A stretch of 64,000 nucleotides of DNA. It comes from Mobula hypostoma. Taxonomy: Eukaryota. A program made the position numbers and the translations under genes. The notes below the pieces were generated by a model. The model searched no databases. It was not told the DNA's origin and was given only the letters and a program-made list of their open reading frames with translations. Position 1 is the first letter of the stretch. Every line of letters starts with the position of its first letter. Shown here in pieces: positions 40,472 through 51,977 of the stretch. The stretch spans positions 248,498,001 to 248,562,000 of the forward strand of contig NC_086097.1 of NCBI RefSeq assembly GCF_963921235.1. Reading direction: 5' to 3'.

Positions 40472-43400
40472 TCACTCCGACTGACAGACATGGTCAGTGA
40501 GGGGAAACACTGCGGTGGTCACTCTCTGACAGTCAGTGAGAGGGAAACCTGCTGTGGTCACTGTCTATGACAGACAGACATGGTCAGTGAGGGGGAACAC
40601 TGTGGTGGTCACTCTGACAGTCAGTGAGGGGGAAATCGGTGGTGGTCACTCTCTGACAGACAGACACGGTCAGTGAGGTGGAAATCTACGGTGGTCATTC
40701 TCTGACAGTCAGTGAGAGGGAAACCTGTGGTGGTCGCTCTCGAACAGACAGGTACGGTCAGTGAGAGGGAATCCTGCGGTGGTCGCTCTCTGACAGACAG
40801 GTACGGTCAGTGAGAGGGAAATCTACAGTGGTCACTCTCTGACAGACAGGTACGGTCAGTGAGAGGGAATCCTGTGGTGGTCACTCTCTGACAGACAGAC
40901 ACAGTCAGGGAATCCTGTGGTGGTCACTCTCTGACAGACATGGTCAGTGAGGGGGAAACCTGCGGTGGTCGCTCTCTGACAGACAGGTACGGTCAGTGAG
41001 AGGGAATCCTGTGGTGGTCACTCTCTGACACACAGACACAGTCAGTGAGAGGGAATCCTGTGGTGGTCACTCTCTGACAGACATGGTCAGTGAGGGGGAA
41101 ACCTGCGGTGGTCGCCCTCTGACAGACAGGTACGGTCAGTGAGAGGGAATCCTGTGGTGGCCACTCTCTGACAGACAGGTATGGTCAGTGAGAGGGAATC
41201 CTGCGGTGGTCACTCTCTGACAGACATGGTCAGTAAGGGGGAAACCTGCGGTGGTCGCTCTCTGACAGACATGGTCAGTAAGGGGGAAACCTGCGGTGGT
41301 CGCTCTCTGACAGACACGGTCAGTGAGAGGGAATCCTGTGGTGGTCACTCTCTGACAGACACGGTCAGTGAGAGGGAAACCTGTGGTGGTCACTCTCTGA
41401 CAGACATGGTCAGTGAGGGGGAAACCTGTGGTGGTCGCTTCTGACAGACAGGTACGGTCAGTGAGAGGGAATCTGTGGTGGTCACTCTCTGACAGACACG
41501 GTCAGTGAGGGGGAACCCTGTAGTGGTCACTCTCTGACAGTCAGACATGGTCAGTGAGAGGGAAACCTGTGGTGGTCACTCTCTGACAGACATGGTCAGT
41601 GAGGGGGAAACCTGTGGTGGTCGCTTCTGACAGACAGGTACGGTCAGTGAGATGGAATCTGTGGTGGTCACTCTCTGACAGACACGGTCAGTGAGGGGGA
41701 ACCCTGTGGTGGTCACTCTCTGACAGTCAGTGAGGGGGAACCCCGTGGTGGTCACTCTCTGACAGACAAACATGGTCACTGGGAGGGAAACCTGTGGTGG
41801 TCACTCTCTGACAGACACGGTCAGTGAGAGAGAACCCCGTGGTGGTCACTCTCTGACAGACAGGTACGGTCAGTGAGAGGGAATCCTGTGGTGGTCACTC
41901 TGACAGACAGGTACGGTCAGTGAGAGGGAAACCTGTGGTGGTCACTCTCTGACAGACAGACACAGTCAGTGAGAGGGAATCCTGTGGTCGTCGCTCTCTG
42001 ACAGACAGGTACGGTCAGTGAGAGGGAATCCTGCAGTGGTCGCTCTCTGACAGACAGGTACAGTCAGTGAGATGGAATCTGTGGTGGTCACTCTCTGACA
42101 GACACGGTCAGTGAGGGGGAACCCTGTAGTGGTCACTCTCTGACAGTCAGTGAGGGGGAAACCCCGTGGTGGTCACTCTCTGACAGACAGACATGGTCAG
42201 TGAGAGGGAAACCTGTGGTGGTCACTCTCTGACAGACACGGTCAGTGAGAGAGAACCCCGTGGTGGTCACTCGCTGACAGACAGACACAGTCAGTGAGAG
42301 GGAATCCTGTGGTCGTCGCTCTCTGACAGACAGGTACGGTCAGTGAGAGGGAATCCTGTGGTGGTCACTCTCTGACAGACAGGTACGGTCAGTGAGAGGG
42401 AATCCTGCGTGGTCACTCTCTGACAGACACGGTCAGTGAGAAGGAATCCTGTGGTCGTCGCTCTCTGACAGACAGGTACGGTCAGTGAGAGGGAATCCTG
42501 TGGTCGTCACTCTCTGACAGACACGGTCAGTGAGGGGGAAACCTGTGGTCGTCGCTCTCTGACAGACAGGTACGGTCAGTGAGAGGGAATCCTGCGGTGG
42601 TCGCTCTCGAACAGACAGGTACGGTCAGTGAGAGGGAATCCTGTGGTCGTCACTCTCTGACAGACACGGTCAGTGAGGGGGAAACCTGTGGTGGTCGCTT
42701 CTGACAGACAGGTACGGTCAGTGAGGTGGAAATCTACGGTGGTCATTCTCTGACAGTCAGTGAGAGGGAAACCTGTGGTGGTCGCTCTCGAACAGACAGG
42801 TACGGTCAGTGAGAGGGAATCCTGCGGTTGTCGCTCTCTGACAGACAGGTACGGTCAGTGAGAGGGAAATCTACAGTGGTCACTCTCTGACAGACAGGTA
42901 CGGTGAGAGGGAATCCTGTGGTGGTCACTCTCTGACAGACAGACACAGTCAGGGAATCCTGTGGTGGTCACTCTCTGACACACAGACACAGTCAGTGAGA
43001 GGGAATCCTGTGGTGGTCACTCTCTGACAGACATGGTCAGTGAGGGGGAACCCCGTGGTGGTCACTCTCTGACAGACAGACATGGTCACTGGGAGGGAAA
43101 CCTGTGGTGGTCACTCTCTGACAGACACGGTCAGTGAGAGAGAACCCCGTGGTGGTCACTCGCTGACAGACAGACACAGTCAGTGAGAGGGAATCCTGTG
43201 GTCGTCGCTCTCTGACAGACAGGTACGGTCAGTGAGAGGGAATCCTGCAGTGGTCGCTCTCTGACAGACAGGTACGGTCAGTGAGAGGGAATCCTGCGTG
43301 GTCACTCTCTGACAGACACGGTCAGTGAGAGGGAATCCTGTGGTCGTCGCTCTCTGACAGACAGGTACGGTCAGTGAGAGGGAATCCTGCGGTGGTCGCT

Positions 43401-46258
43401 CTCGAACAGACAGGTACGGTCAGTGAGAGGGAATCCTGTGGTCATCACTCTCTGACAGACACGGTCAGTGAGGGGGAAACCTGTGGTCGTCGCTCTCTGA
43501 CAGACAGGTACGGTCAGTGAGAGGGAAACCTGTGGTGATCACTCTCTGACAGACATGGTCAGTGAGGGGGAAACCTGTGGTGGTCGCATCTGACAGACAG
43601 GTATGGTCAGTGAGATGGAATCCTGTGGTGGTCACTCTCTGACAGACAGGTACGGTCAGTGAGAGGGAATCTGTGGTGGTCACTCTCTGACAGACACGGT
43701 CAGTGAGGGGGAACCCCGTGGTGGTCACTCTCTGATAGACAGACATGGTCACTGGGAGGGAAACCTGTGGTGGTCACTCTCTGACAGACACGGTCAGTGA
43801 GAGAGAACTCCGTGGTGGTCACTCTCTGACAGACAGGTACGGTCAGTGAGAGGGAATCCTGTGGTGGTCACTCTCTGACAGACATGGTCAGTGAGGGGGA
43901 AACCTGTGGTGGTTGCTTCTGACAGACAGGTACGGTCAGTGAGAGGGAATCTGTGGTGGTCACTCTCTGACAGACACGGTCAGTGAGGGGGAACCCTGTA
44001 GTGGTCACTCTCTGACAGTCAGTGAGGGGGAACCCTGTGGTGGTCATTCTCTGACAGTCAGTGAGGGGGAACCCCGTGGTGTCACTCTCTGACAGACAGA
44101 CATGGTCAGTGAGAGGGAAACCTGTGGTGGTCACTCTCTGACAGACATGGTCAGTGAGGGGGAAACCTGTGGTGGTCGCTTCTGACAGACAGGTACGGTC
44201 AGTGAGGTGGAAATCTACGGTGGTCATTCTCTGACAGTCAGTGAGAGGGAAACCTGTGGTGGTCGCTCTCGAACAGACAGGTACGGTCAGTGAGAGGGAA
44301 TCCTGCGGTTGTCGCTCTCTGACAGACAGGTACGGTCAGTGAGAGGGAAATCTACAGTGGTCACTCTCTGACAGACAGGTACGGTGAGAGGGAATCCTGT
44401 GGTGGTCACTCTCTGACAGACAGACACAGTCAGGGAATCCTGTGGTGGTCACTCTCTGACACACAGACACAGTCAGTGAGAGGGAATCCTGTGGTGGTCA
44501 CTCTCTGACAGACATGGTCAGTGAGGGGGAACCCCGTGGTGGTCACTCTCTGACAGACAGACATGGTCACTGGGAGGGAAACCTGTGGTGGTCACTCTCT
44601 GACAGACACGGTCAGTGAGAGAGAACCCCGTGGTGGTCACTCGCTGACAGACAGACACAGTCAGTGAGAGGGAATCCTGTGGTCGTCGCTCTCTGACAGA
44701 CAGGTACGGTCAGTGAGAGGGAATCCTGCAGTGGTCGCTCTCTGACAGACAGGTACGGTCAGTGAGAGGGAATCCTGCGTGGTCACTCTCTGACAGACAC
44801 GGTCAGTGAGAGGGAATCCTGTGGTCGTCGCTCTCTGACAGACAGGTACGGTCAGTGAGAGGGAATCCTGCGGTGGTCGCTCTCGAACAGACAGGTACGG
44901 TCAGTGAGAGGGAATCCTGTGGTCATCACTCTCTGACAGACACGGTCAGTGAGGGGGAAACCTGTGGTCGTCGCTCTCTGACAGACAGGTACGGTCAGTG
45001 AGAGGGAAACCTGTGGTGATCACTCTCTGACAGACATGGTCAGTGAGGGGGAAACCTGTGGTGGTCGCATCTGACAGACAGGTATGGTCAGTGAGATGGA
45101 ATCCTGTGGTGGTCACTCTCTGACAGACAGGTACGGTCAGTGAGAGGGAATCTGTGGTGGTCACTCTCTGACAGACACGGTCAGTGAGGGGGAACCCCGT
45201 GGTGGTCACTCTCTGATAGACAGACATGGTCACTGGGAGGGAAACCTGTGGTGGTCACTCTCTGACAGACACGGTCAGTGAGAGAGAACTCCGTGGTGGT
45301 CACTCTCTGACAGACAGGTACGGTCAGTGAGAGGGAATCCTGTGGTGGTCACTCTCTGACAGACATGGTCAGTGAGGGGGAAACCTGTGGTGGTCGCTTC
45401 TGACAGACAGGTACGGTCAGTGAGAGGGAATCTGTGGTGGTCACTCTCTGACAGACACGGTCAGTGAGGGGGAACCCTGTAGTGGTCACTCTCTGACAGT
45501 CAGTGAGGGGGAACCCTGTGGTGGTCATTCTCTGACAGTCAGTGAGGGGGAACCCCGTGGTGTCACTCTCTGACAGACAGACATGGTCAGTGAGAGGGAA
45601 ACCTGTGGTGGTCACTCTCTGACAGACATGGTCAGTGAGGGGGAAACCTGTGGTGGTCGCTTCTGACAGACAGGTACGGTCAGTGAGATGGAATCTGTGG
45701 TGGTCACTCTCTGACAGACACGGTCAGTGAGGGGGAACCCTGTGGTGGTCACTCTCTGACAGACAGACATGGTCACTGGGAGGGAAACCTGTGGTGGTCA
45801 CTCTCTGACAGACACGGTCAGTGAGAGAGAACCCCGTGGTGGTCACTCTCTGACAGACAGGTACGGTCAGTGAGAGGGAAACCTGTGGTAGTCACTCTCT
45901 GACAGACAGGTACGGTCAGTGAGAGGGAATCCTGTGGTCGTCACTCTCTGACAGACACGGTCAGTGAGGGGGAAACCTGTGGTCGTCGCTCTCTGACAGA
46001 CAGGTACGGTCAGTGAGGGGGAAACCTGTGGTGGTCGCTTCTGACAGACAGACATGGTCAGTGAGGGGGAACCCCGTGGTGGTCACTCTCTGACAGACAG
46101 ACATGGTCAGTGAGGGGGAACCCCGTGGTGGTCACTCTCTGACAGACATGGTCAGTGAGAGGGAATCTGTGGTGGTCACTCTCTGACAGACAGTAAGAGG
46201 GAACCCCGTGGTGGTCACTCTCTGACAGCCAGACACGGTCAGTGAGGGGGAACCCTGT
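40472..46258. repeat. Minisatellite/satellite array, unit ~39-47 bp, about 130 copies
   Basis: Consensus TGACAGAC(AGGT)ACGGTCAGTGAGAGGGAATCCTGTGGTGGTCACTCTC. Contains a 1481-bp higher-order duplication. Copy number is an estimate from length. Confidence 0.98.
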
Positions 46259-46785
46259 GTAGAAGTCTCTTTACGCAGGGGTGCTTCCCCTGTACATTGG
46301 GGTGGAAGGTGTTGCCGTACAACAGGTTTTTGAGCAGGTTCACTGACACCCCACGCACCTGTCCACAGTGCGGGCGGGAGGAGTCGGTGTGCTCCGTGTT
46401 TACGCAATGTGAGAGGCTGCAGCCGCTTTTTGAGTTCCTCGGAGAGCTGCTGCCGCTGCGGCGGCTCTGGCTGCCCTTTCGTCCCGCGCTCCTCACTTCC
46501 GGGCGCCCAGTTCAGAATGGGGTGGGCCGAGAGGAGGATCTCCAGGTCCTGCGCCTGGCCAAGACGGGCCGACTGCCTGCCCCTTTCCCGAGGATCCGCC
46601 CGTGCCCGGCTGTCCTTGGAGAGGGAGGCCGCGGCCGGCACTTTGCGGGATTTCCGTGAGCGGTCCGGGCTGTTTTATAGCCGGCAGTAATCGCATGGTA
46701 ATTTGGGTCTAACTATGTTTGGTAAATGTTATTGTCTTGTGCCTGTGTTGTAAATAAACTTTGACAGTTTCGATGCAATAAAAAC
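46259..46785 (+). mobile_element. Tx1/L1-clade LINE 3' fragment
   Basis: YAGVLPLYIG, NRFLSRFTD..TCPQCGREESVCSVFTQCERLQPLFEFL and ADCLPL motifs (zf-RVT-type C-terminus). AATAAA at ~46753 and ~46777. Confidence 0.75.
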
Positions 46786-47110
46786 TTGCCGCACTCAACC
46801 CGACAGCCCTCCCTCCGTCTGACTGACTGAAGTCGGCGCGCTGACAGGGAACCAATAGCCACGCACCGACCGTGCCCACGTCGTGACGTCAGCACGCAGA
46901 GACGTCTCCAGCTGAAGCGATACCGTCATCGCCCGGAGTGCCCAAGATGGCGGCTCGTTGCCTAGCGGCGGCGGGGTCTATAGTAAGTTTATCGGTGTTC
47001 GCTGCGGTCAGGGTTAACCAGTGCGGACTGGGGAGCATGTTCCAATTGCCCTGGTTACCGGGGATCCGGGGTGCCGTTTGCAGTTGTCTCGATCTTGGGT
47101 TTGCTAGTTC
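46785..47110 (+). promoter_or_regulatory. SDHA CpG-island promoter (copy B)
   Basis: CpG-rich. CCAAT box 46852-46856, CRE TGACGTCA 46884-46891, and YY1 consensus CAAGATGGCGGC overlapping the start codon at 46947. Confidence 0.85.
46947..46982 (+). CDS. SDHA: SDHA exon 1 (start of mitochondrial presequence, MAARCLAAAGSI)
   Basis: Strong Kozak context AAGATGG inside the CpG island. Phase-0 donor ATA|GTAAGT is compatible with the phase-0 acceptor of exon 2. Confidence 0.8.
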
Positions 47111-47509
47111 CAAGGTCATTCTGGTTACGTAACTGTGTAGCGAGGGGATGTTGTGGGGAAGAGTTGTTGCTCCTGGGCGGAGATTGGATTGTGGTGGGTG
47201 AGAGTTGGTGCCAGTGCACACACGGGTGGGTTGTGGTGGCTGACTGTTGGAACCAAGGGGCCATGGCGGGTCAGAATTGATACCTGTGTGTGGTTGGTGA
47301 GCAATAGTGTTAGTGAGTGAGGTAGGTGTGATGGGCGGAGGTTTGGTTAGTGTGACTAGATAGACATGTAAATGAAGCCAATAGGTGGGTCTGCATAGCC
47401 ACTTTATGTAATGTGCAATATGTGGTGATGTCCATGAACACACAAACATGGCAGCTTTGGGCCTGTATTCACTGGAATTTAGAAGAATGCGTGGGAATCT
47501 CATCGAAAC

Positions 47510-48680
47510 CTATCTGCCATTTCTTTGTTCCCCGTTACTACCTCACGAGCATCATTTTCCAGTGGCCCAATATCACTGTCACCTCCCTTTTACCCTTTAT
47601 ATAACTAAAAATATTTTTGATATCCTGCTTTGATGGATGGAGCCAGGCAGCGAGGTTGACTGAGGATCAGTGAATTGAGCTCCAACTGGTGCACATTTCA
47701 CTGTTTAATTACAGTGGACCTTTTGTTATTTCTTTTCTTTACTAACTTAATTCATAAATATTAATTCCTTTAATCGTATGCAGTGTGCTGTCTGTGGTTT
47801 CTTAGCACTGAGTTGCAACAGGGCTGCAAACTACACAGCATCCACACAAACCAGGGTTTGGGGTGGAAGGAAGAGCCGTCTCAATCTCACCAGTTTGGCG
47901 GGACTGGAGTGCATCTTCCCTAGACTTATGCAGCCATGGAAACCAGCAGGTTTTCATATTATTGGCTAGTTTGCCGTTGTATTTCATCTTTTCCCTTCCT
48001 ATAGCTTTTTCGGTTACCTTTTGTTTGATTTTAAAAACTTTCTAATCATCCAACTTTCCACTCACTTTTGCTACCTTATATGCCCTTTCCCTGGCTTTTA
48101 TGCAGTCCTTAACTTCCCTTGTCAGCTGCGATTGCTTACCCCTGCTGTTTGAGAACTACTTCTGCAGGACATATCTATCCTGCACCTTGTTAACTATTCT
48201 CAAAAACTTTAGGCACCTCTGCTCTGCCATCATCCCCGCTTGTATCCTCCTCCAATCCACCTGGACAAACTCCTTTCTCATGCCTTTGTAATTCCCATTA
48301 TTCCATTGCAATACTCACATGTGTGACGTGTGCTTCTCCCTCTCAAATTGCAGTATGAATTCAACCATGATCACTGTCCCCTAAGGGTTTCTTTACATTA
48401 AGCTCCATAATAAGATCTGGGTTATTACACAACACCCAATTTAAAATAGCCTTTCCCCATGTAGGCTCAAGCACAACCCACTCTAAAAAGCCATTTTGTA
48501 GGCGTTCAACAAATTCCCTCTCTTTTGTCATCTGACACCAACCTGATTTTCTCAATCCCCTTACGTATTGAAGTCCCCCATTACAATTGTGACATTACCC
48601 TTATTACATGCCTTTTCCACCTCCCCTTGCTATCTCAACCCCACATCTTGGCTAATATTTGGAGACCTATATTTGATTCC
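47510..48680 (-). mobile_element. CR1 fragment with a partial LTR (47635-47956) inside
   Basis: EPTWGKAILNWVLCN...PLGDSDH APE motif. The LTR piece is homologous to ~16030-16356. Confidence 0.75.
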
Positions 48681-48684
48681 TATC

Positions 48685-49072
48685 AACACACATAAAAATT
48701 GCTGGTAAACGCAGCAGGCCAGGCAGCATCTATAGGAAGAGGTACAGTCGATGTTTCGGGCCGAGATCCTTCGTCAGGACTAACTGAAAGAAAAGATAGT
48801 AAGAGATTTGAGAGGGGGAGGGGGAGATCTGAAATGATTGGAGAAGACAGGAGGGGTAAGGGATGGAGTTAAGAGCTGGAAAGTTGATTGGCAAAAGGGA
48901 TATGAGAGGATCATGGGATGGGAGGCCTAGGGAGAAAGAAAGGGGGAGGGGGGAAGCCCAGCGGATGGGCAAGGAGTAGAGTGAGAGGGACAGAGGGAGA
49001 AAAAGGAGAGAGAGAAAAAATAATAATAAAAATAAATAACGAATGGGGTACGAAGGGGAGGTGGGGCATTGT
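48685..49072 (-). mobile_element. Penelope-like 3' fragment
   Basis: Terminal motif with hammerhead-like core at 48746-48781 and a purine-rich tract. Confidence 0.75.
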
Positions 49073-49628
49073 TCCGTTATCATACCGACCAATAATGATT
49101 GCGTTATTACAGCAGGTAGAATGGGCAAAAGGCCGAGTAACTAGTGGACGTGGATCTTAAAATAGTATTTAATAGATCTAGTAAGAAAGGGAGCGTAACA
49201 GTGAAAGGAGTGATACCTCTTTCTCCCTCGTCAGAGAGATGTTGGTGTTGGGATGGACAGTAGCTTTTTTTTTGATGGACTGTAGATCATGGTTTCTGGG
49301 GTGGGGGGAAGATTTGCAGTTGCTTGCATTGGGGGGGAGTGGTTGATGATTTTGCTGAAGCAGGTTGGGAGAGCGGGCGGGATGAGGTTTTTGCTGCTGC
49401 TTCTGTGGGGGGGAGGGAGGGGTAGCTTTGGGGTTCTAATGTTTTCTGCCATTCATTCGTTTGTTTTTTTTCTTTTTCTTGGACATCTGTGAACAGTAAG
49501 AATTTCATGTTCAGTACTGTATACATTCTGATATTAAATTGAACTATTGAAAAGAGTCTTTGTGCACAAGATGGTTGCAATTTGTGCTAAATTACCTAAA
49601 TGTGGGATGAAAGCAGATATCATAGAGT

Positions 49629-50459
49629 AATATTCACTCTAGGGTGTGTGCACTCACACATCTTTTGTTAATAGTGCATAAAGGAATTTAAATTGTGCAC
49701 AAAAAGTTGTCACCCTCTAACTTTTTGGCATGTTGAGTATGTTTCACGATCGTACATAATTACATAACCTTTTCTGGTTTCTGATGCGGACGGTGTTGAC
49801 AACGTGGGGTTTGCGATGATTTGTCTGCAGATTTTAGATCTGGCTTATTTATAATATTTTTATTGAAGAAATTATTGATTCACTGTGTTGAATTTCAAAG
49901 AAGCAAAGTTGTGAAATGCAAACAAACTGCTAGTTCATTTAAGCAGATTGGCTTAATGAAACAGTAGAAACTGCTACACTGAAAGCTTATGAGGTCAGGA
50001 GTGTGCAACTACGAAAAATATTTATGTGCAGTACAGAAACTGGAGTTGTCTTCATGTATTGTCATGATGCACAGGCTGCTGGAGAATTTGGAAGTGAGAA
50101 GAAGTGGAGTGATACTTGGAAACTTGGCTTTTTAAAGCATCATTTAGCAAGCAAATCACAAAAGCTCCAGCAAGAAAATCCTTTGTTACCTGCTATAGGC
50201 CTGCTACATATGTTTTGTGAGAGTGCAGATGAACCAGAATGAAGACGATCAAATCCAAAGGAGATCAAAGTTCTTACTGACGATTACTTTGTTTCTTTTA
50301 AACAGTGAACAACAAACTGTACTTGGTAGTTTATTATCCTTAGAATAGCTTCAGGTTTACTTCCACTTACAAATTCAGTGCGCACATGTTGTCACTGTAC
50401 AAAAAATTGCACAACACAAGATTTTTACACATGGTCATTACAAATTAGAGGGAACATTG
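49629..50459 (+). mobile_element. Deleted hAT-type DNA transposon
   Basis: Imperfect TIRs aatattcactcta and tagagggaacatt. Internal YCHDA...WSDTWKLGFLKHHLASKS resembles a TTF-type zinc finger of hAT transposases. Confidence 0.55.
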
Positions 50460-50696
50460 TCACGGAGGCTAGCAACAGGAGATTAATAGCAGAAGTCTAA
50501 TTTGTAGAATACTATGGACAAAGTTGACTATGTGAAATCAGACATATTTGGGTGAATGGCTTCCTTTTTCGTAAAATGCAGTGGTTCTGCTGCCACCAAA
50601 GTGACTTGCCTCATGATTGATTTAAACTAAATTGAATGTTGCACAGTACTTACTATATTTAAGTTTAGTGTCATCTGCAATAAGCACTGTTTGAAC

Positions 50697-51742
50697 CACT
50701 GGCTTCTTTTATTAGGTACTTCTTGTTAATACAAACATCTAATCATCCAAACAACAGGAATTCTGCAGATGCTGGAAATTCAAGCAACACAGGTCAAAGT
50801 TGCTGGTGAACGCAGCAGGTCAGACAGAGTCGACTGCACCTCTTCCTAGAGATGCTGCCTGGCCTGCAGCAACTTTGACCTGTGTTGCTTGAATTTCCAG
50901 CATCTGCAGAATTCCTGTTGTTTGCGTTTTTAAATTCACTACTGCGAAGCCTCTTCCGGTGATGCCTACACCGAAGAAGTTTAGATCCTCTCATCGACGG
51001 GAGCTCAGTGAAACCATCTCTCACTGCTCCCCATCTGTAATTTCTTCGGTTCTTCAACTTTTCAACCACATTTTGACTCAGATCTCCCCCTCCCCCTCCA
51101 ACTTTCAAATCTCTTACTCACTCTTCCTTCAGTTAGTCCTGACGAAGGGTCTCGGCCTGAAAGTCGACTGTACCTCTTCCTAGAGATGCTGCCTGGCCTG
51201 CTGCGTTCACCAGCAACTTTGATGTGTGTTGATCTAATCATCCAATCATGTAGCAGCAACTCAATGCATAAAGGCATGCAGATATGGTCAAGAAGTTCAG
51301 TTGTTGTTCAGACCAAATTTCAGAATAGGGAAGAGATGTGCTGTAAGTGACTTTTACTGTGGAATGAATGTTGCTGCCAGACAGATTGTTTTGAGTATCT
51401 CAGAAACTGCTGATCTCCTGGCATTTTTTTTGCACAACAGTCTCTAGAGTTTACAGAGAATGATCCAAGAAACAAACATCCAGTGAGTGGCAGTTCTGTG
51501 GGCAAAAGATCCTTGTTAATGAGAGAGGTCAGAGGAGAATGGCCAGACTGGTTCAAGCTGACAGGAAGGCAACAGTAACTCAAATAACCACGTGATACGG
51601 CAGTGGTGTGCTGAAGAGCATCTCTGAATGCACAACACATTGAAACTTGAAATAGATAGGCTGCAGCAACAGAAGACCATGAACATACACTCAATGGCCA
51701 CTTTATTAGACACAGGAGGTACACAATAAAGTGACCACTGAA
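50697..51742. mobile_element. Tc1-like non-autonomous element interrupted by a Penelope insertion (50751-51231)
   Basis: ca(g)tggccactttattag-type terminal motifs. The insertion is flanked by a 14-bp TSD ATCTAATCATCCAA. Confidence 0.7.
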
Positions 51743-51977
51743 TATATCGATGACAGTAACTTGACTATGTAGGGCATGGTATTAAAGACTTAGTAGCTGC
51801 ACTAATAAAAATACTAGAATGGGTTCATGAGATTTTTATGCTGGTCATTTGAAAGGTGCCTGTGCTTGTGATGACTGTGCAGTATATTATTTCTATAATT
51901 TAGTGTTTTATGTCATTTTACATTTTTGATCTTGTAGGTTTAATCATTTATATTAATTGGGTTTTCTATTTTTATAG

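Noticed and set aside
40472..46258. CRISPR-like array or repetitive protein gene (TTTGFPLTDRVCQRV ORFs)
   Set aside because: There are no unique spacers and no cas genes, and the context is eukaryotic. Unit lengths are mostly not multiples of 3, so the ORFs are by-products of the repeat.
46889..47503. 204-aa minus-strand ORF over the SDHA promoter
   Set aside because: Low-complexity P/T/H-rich translation of a GT-rich intron start, beginning in a CR1 fragment. No recognisable protein.
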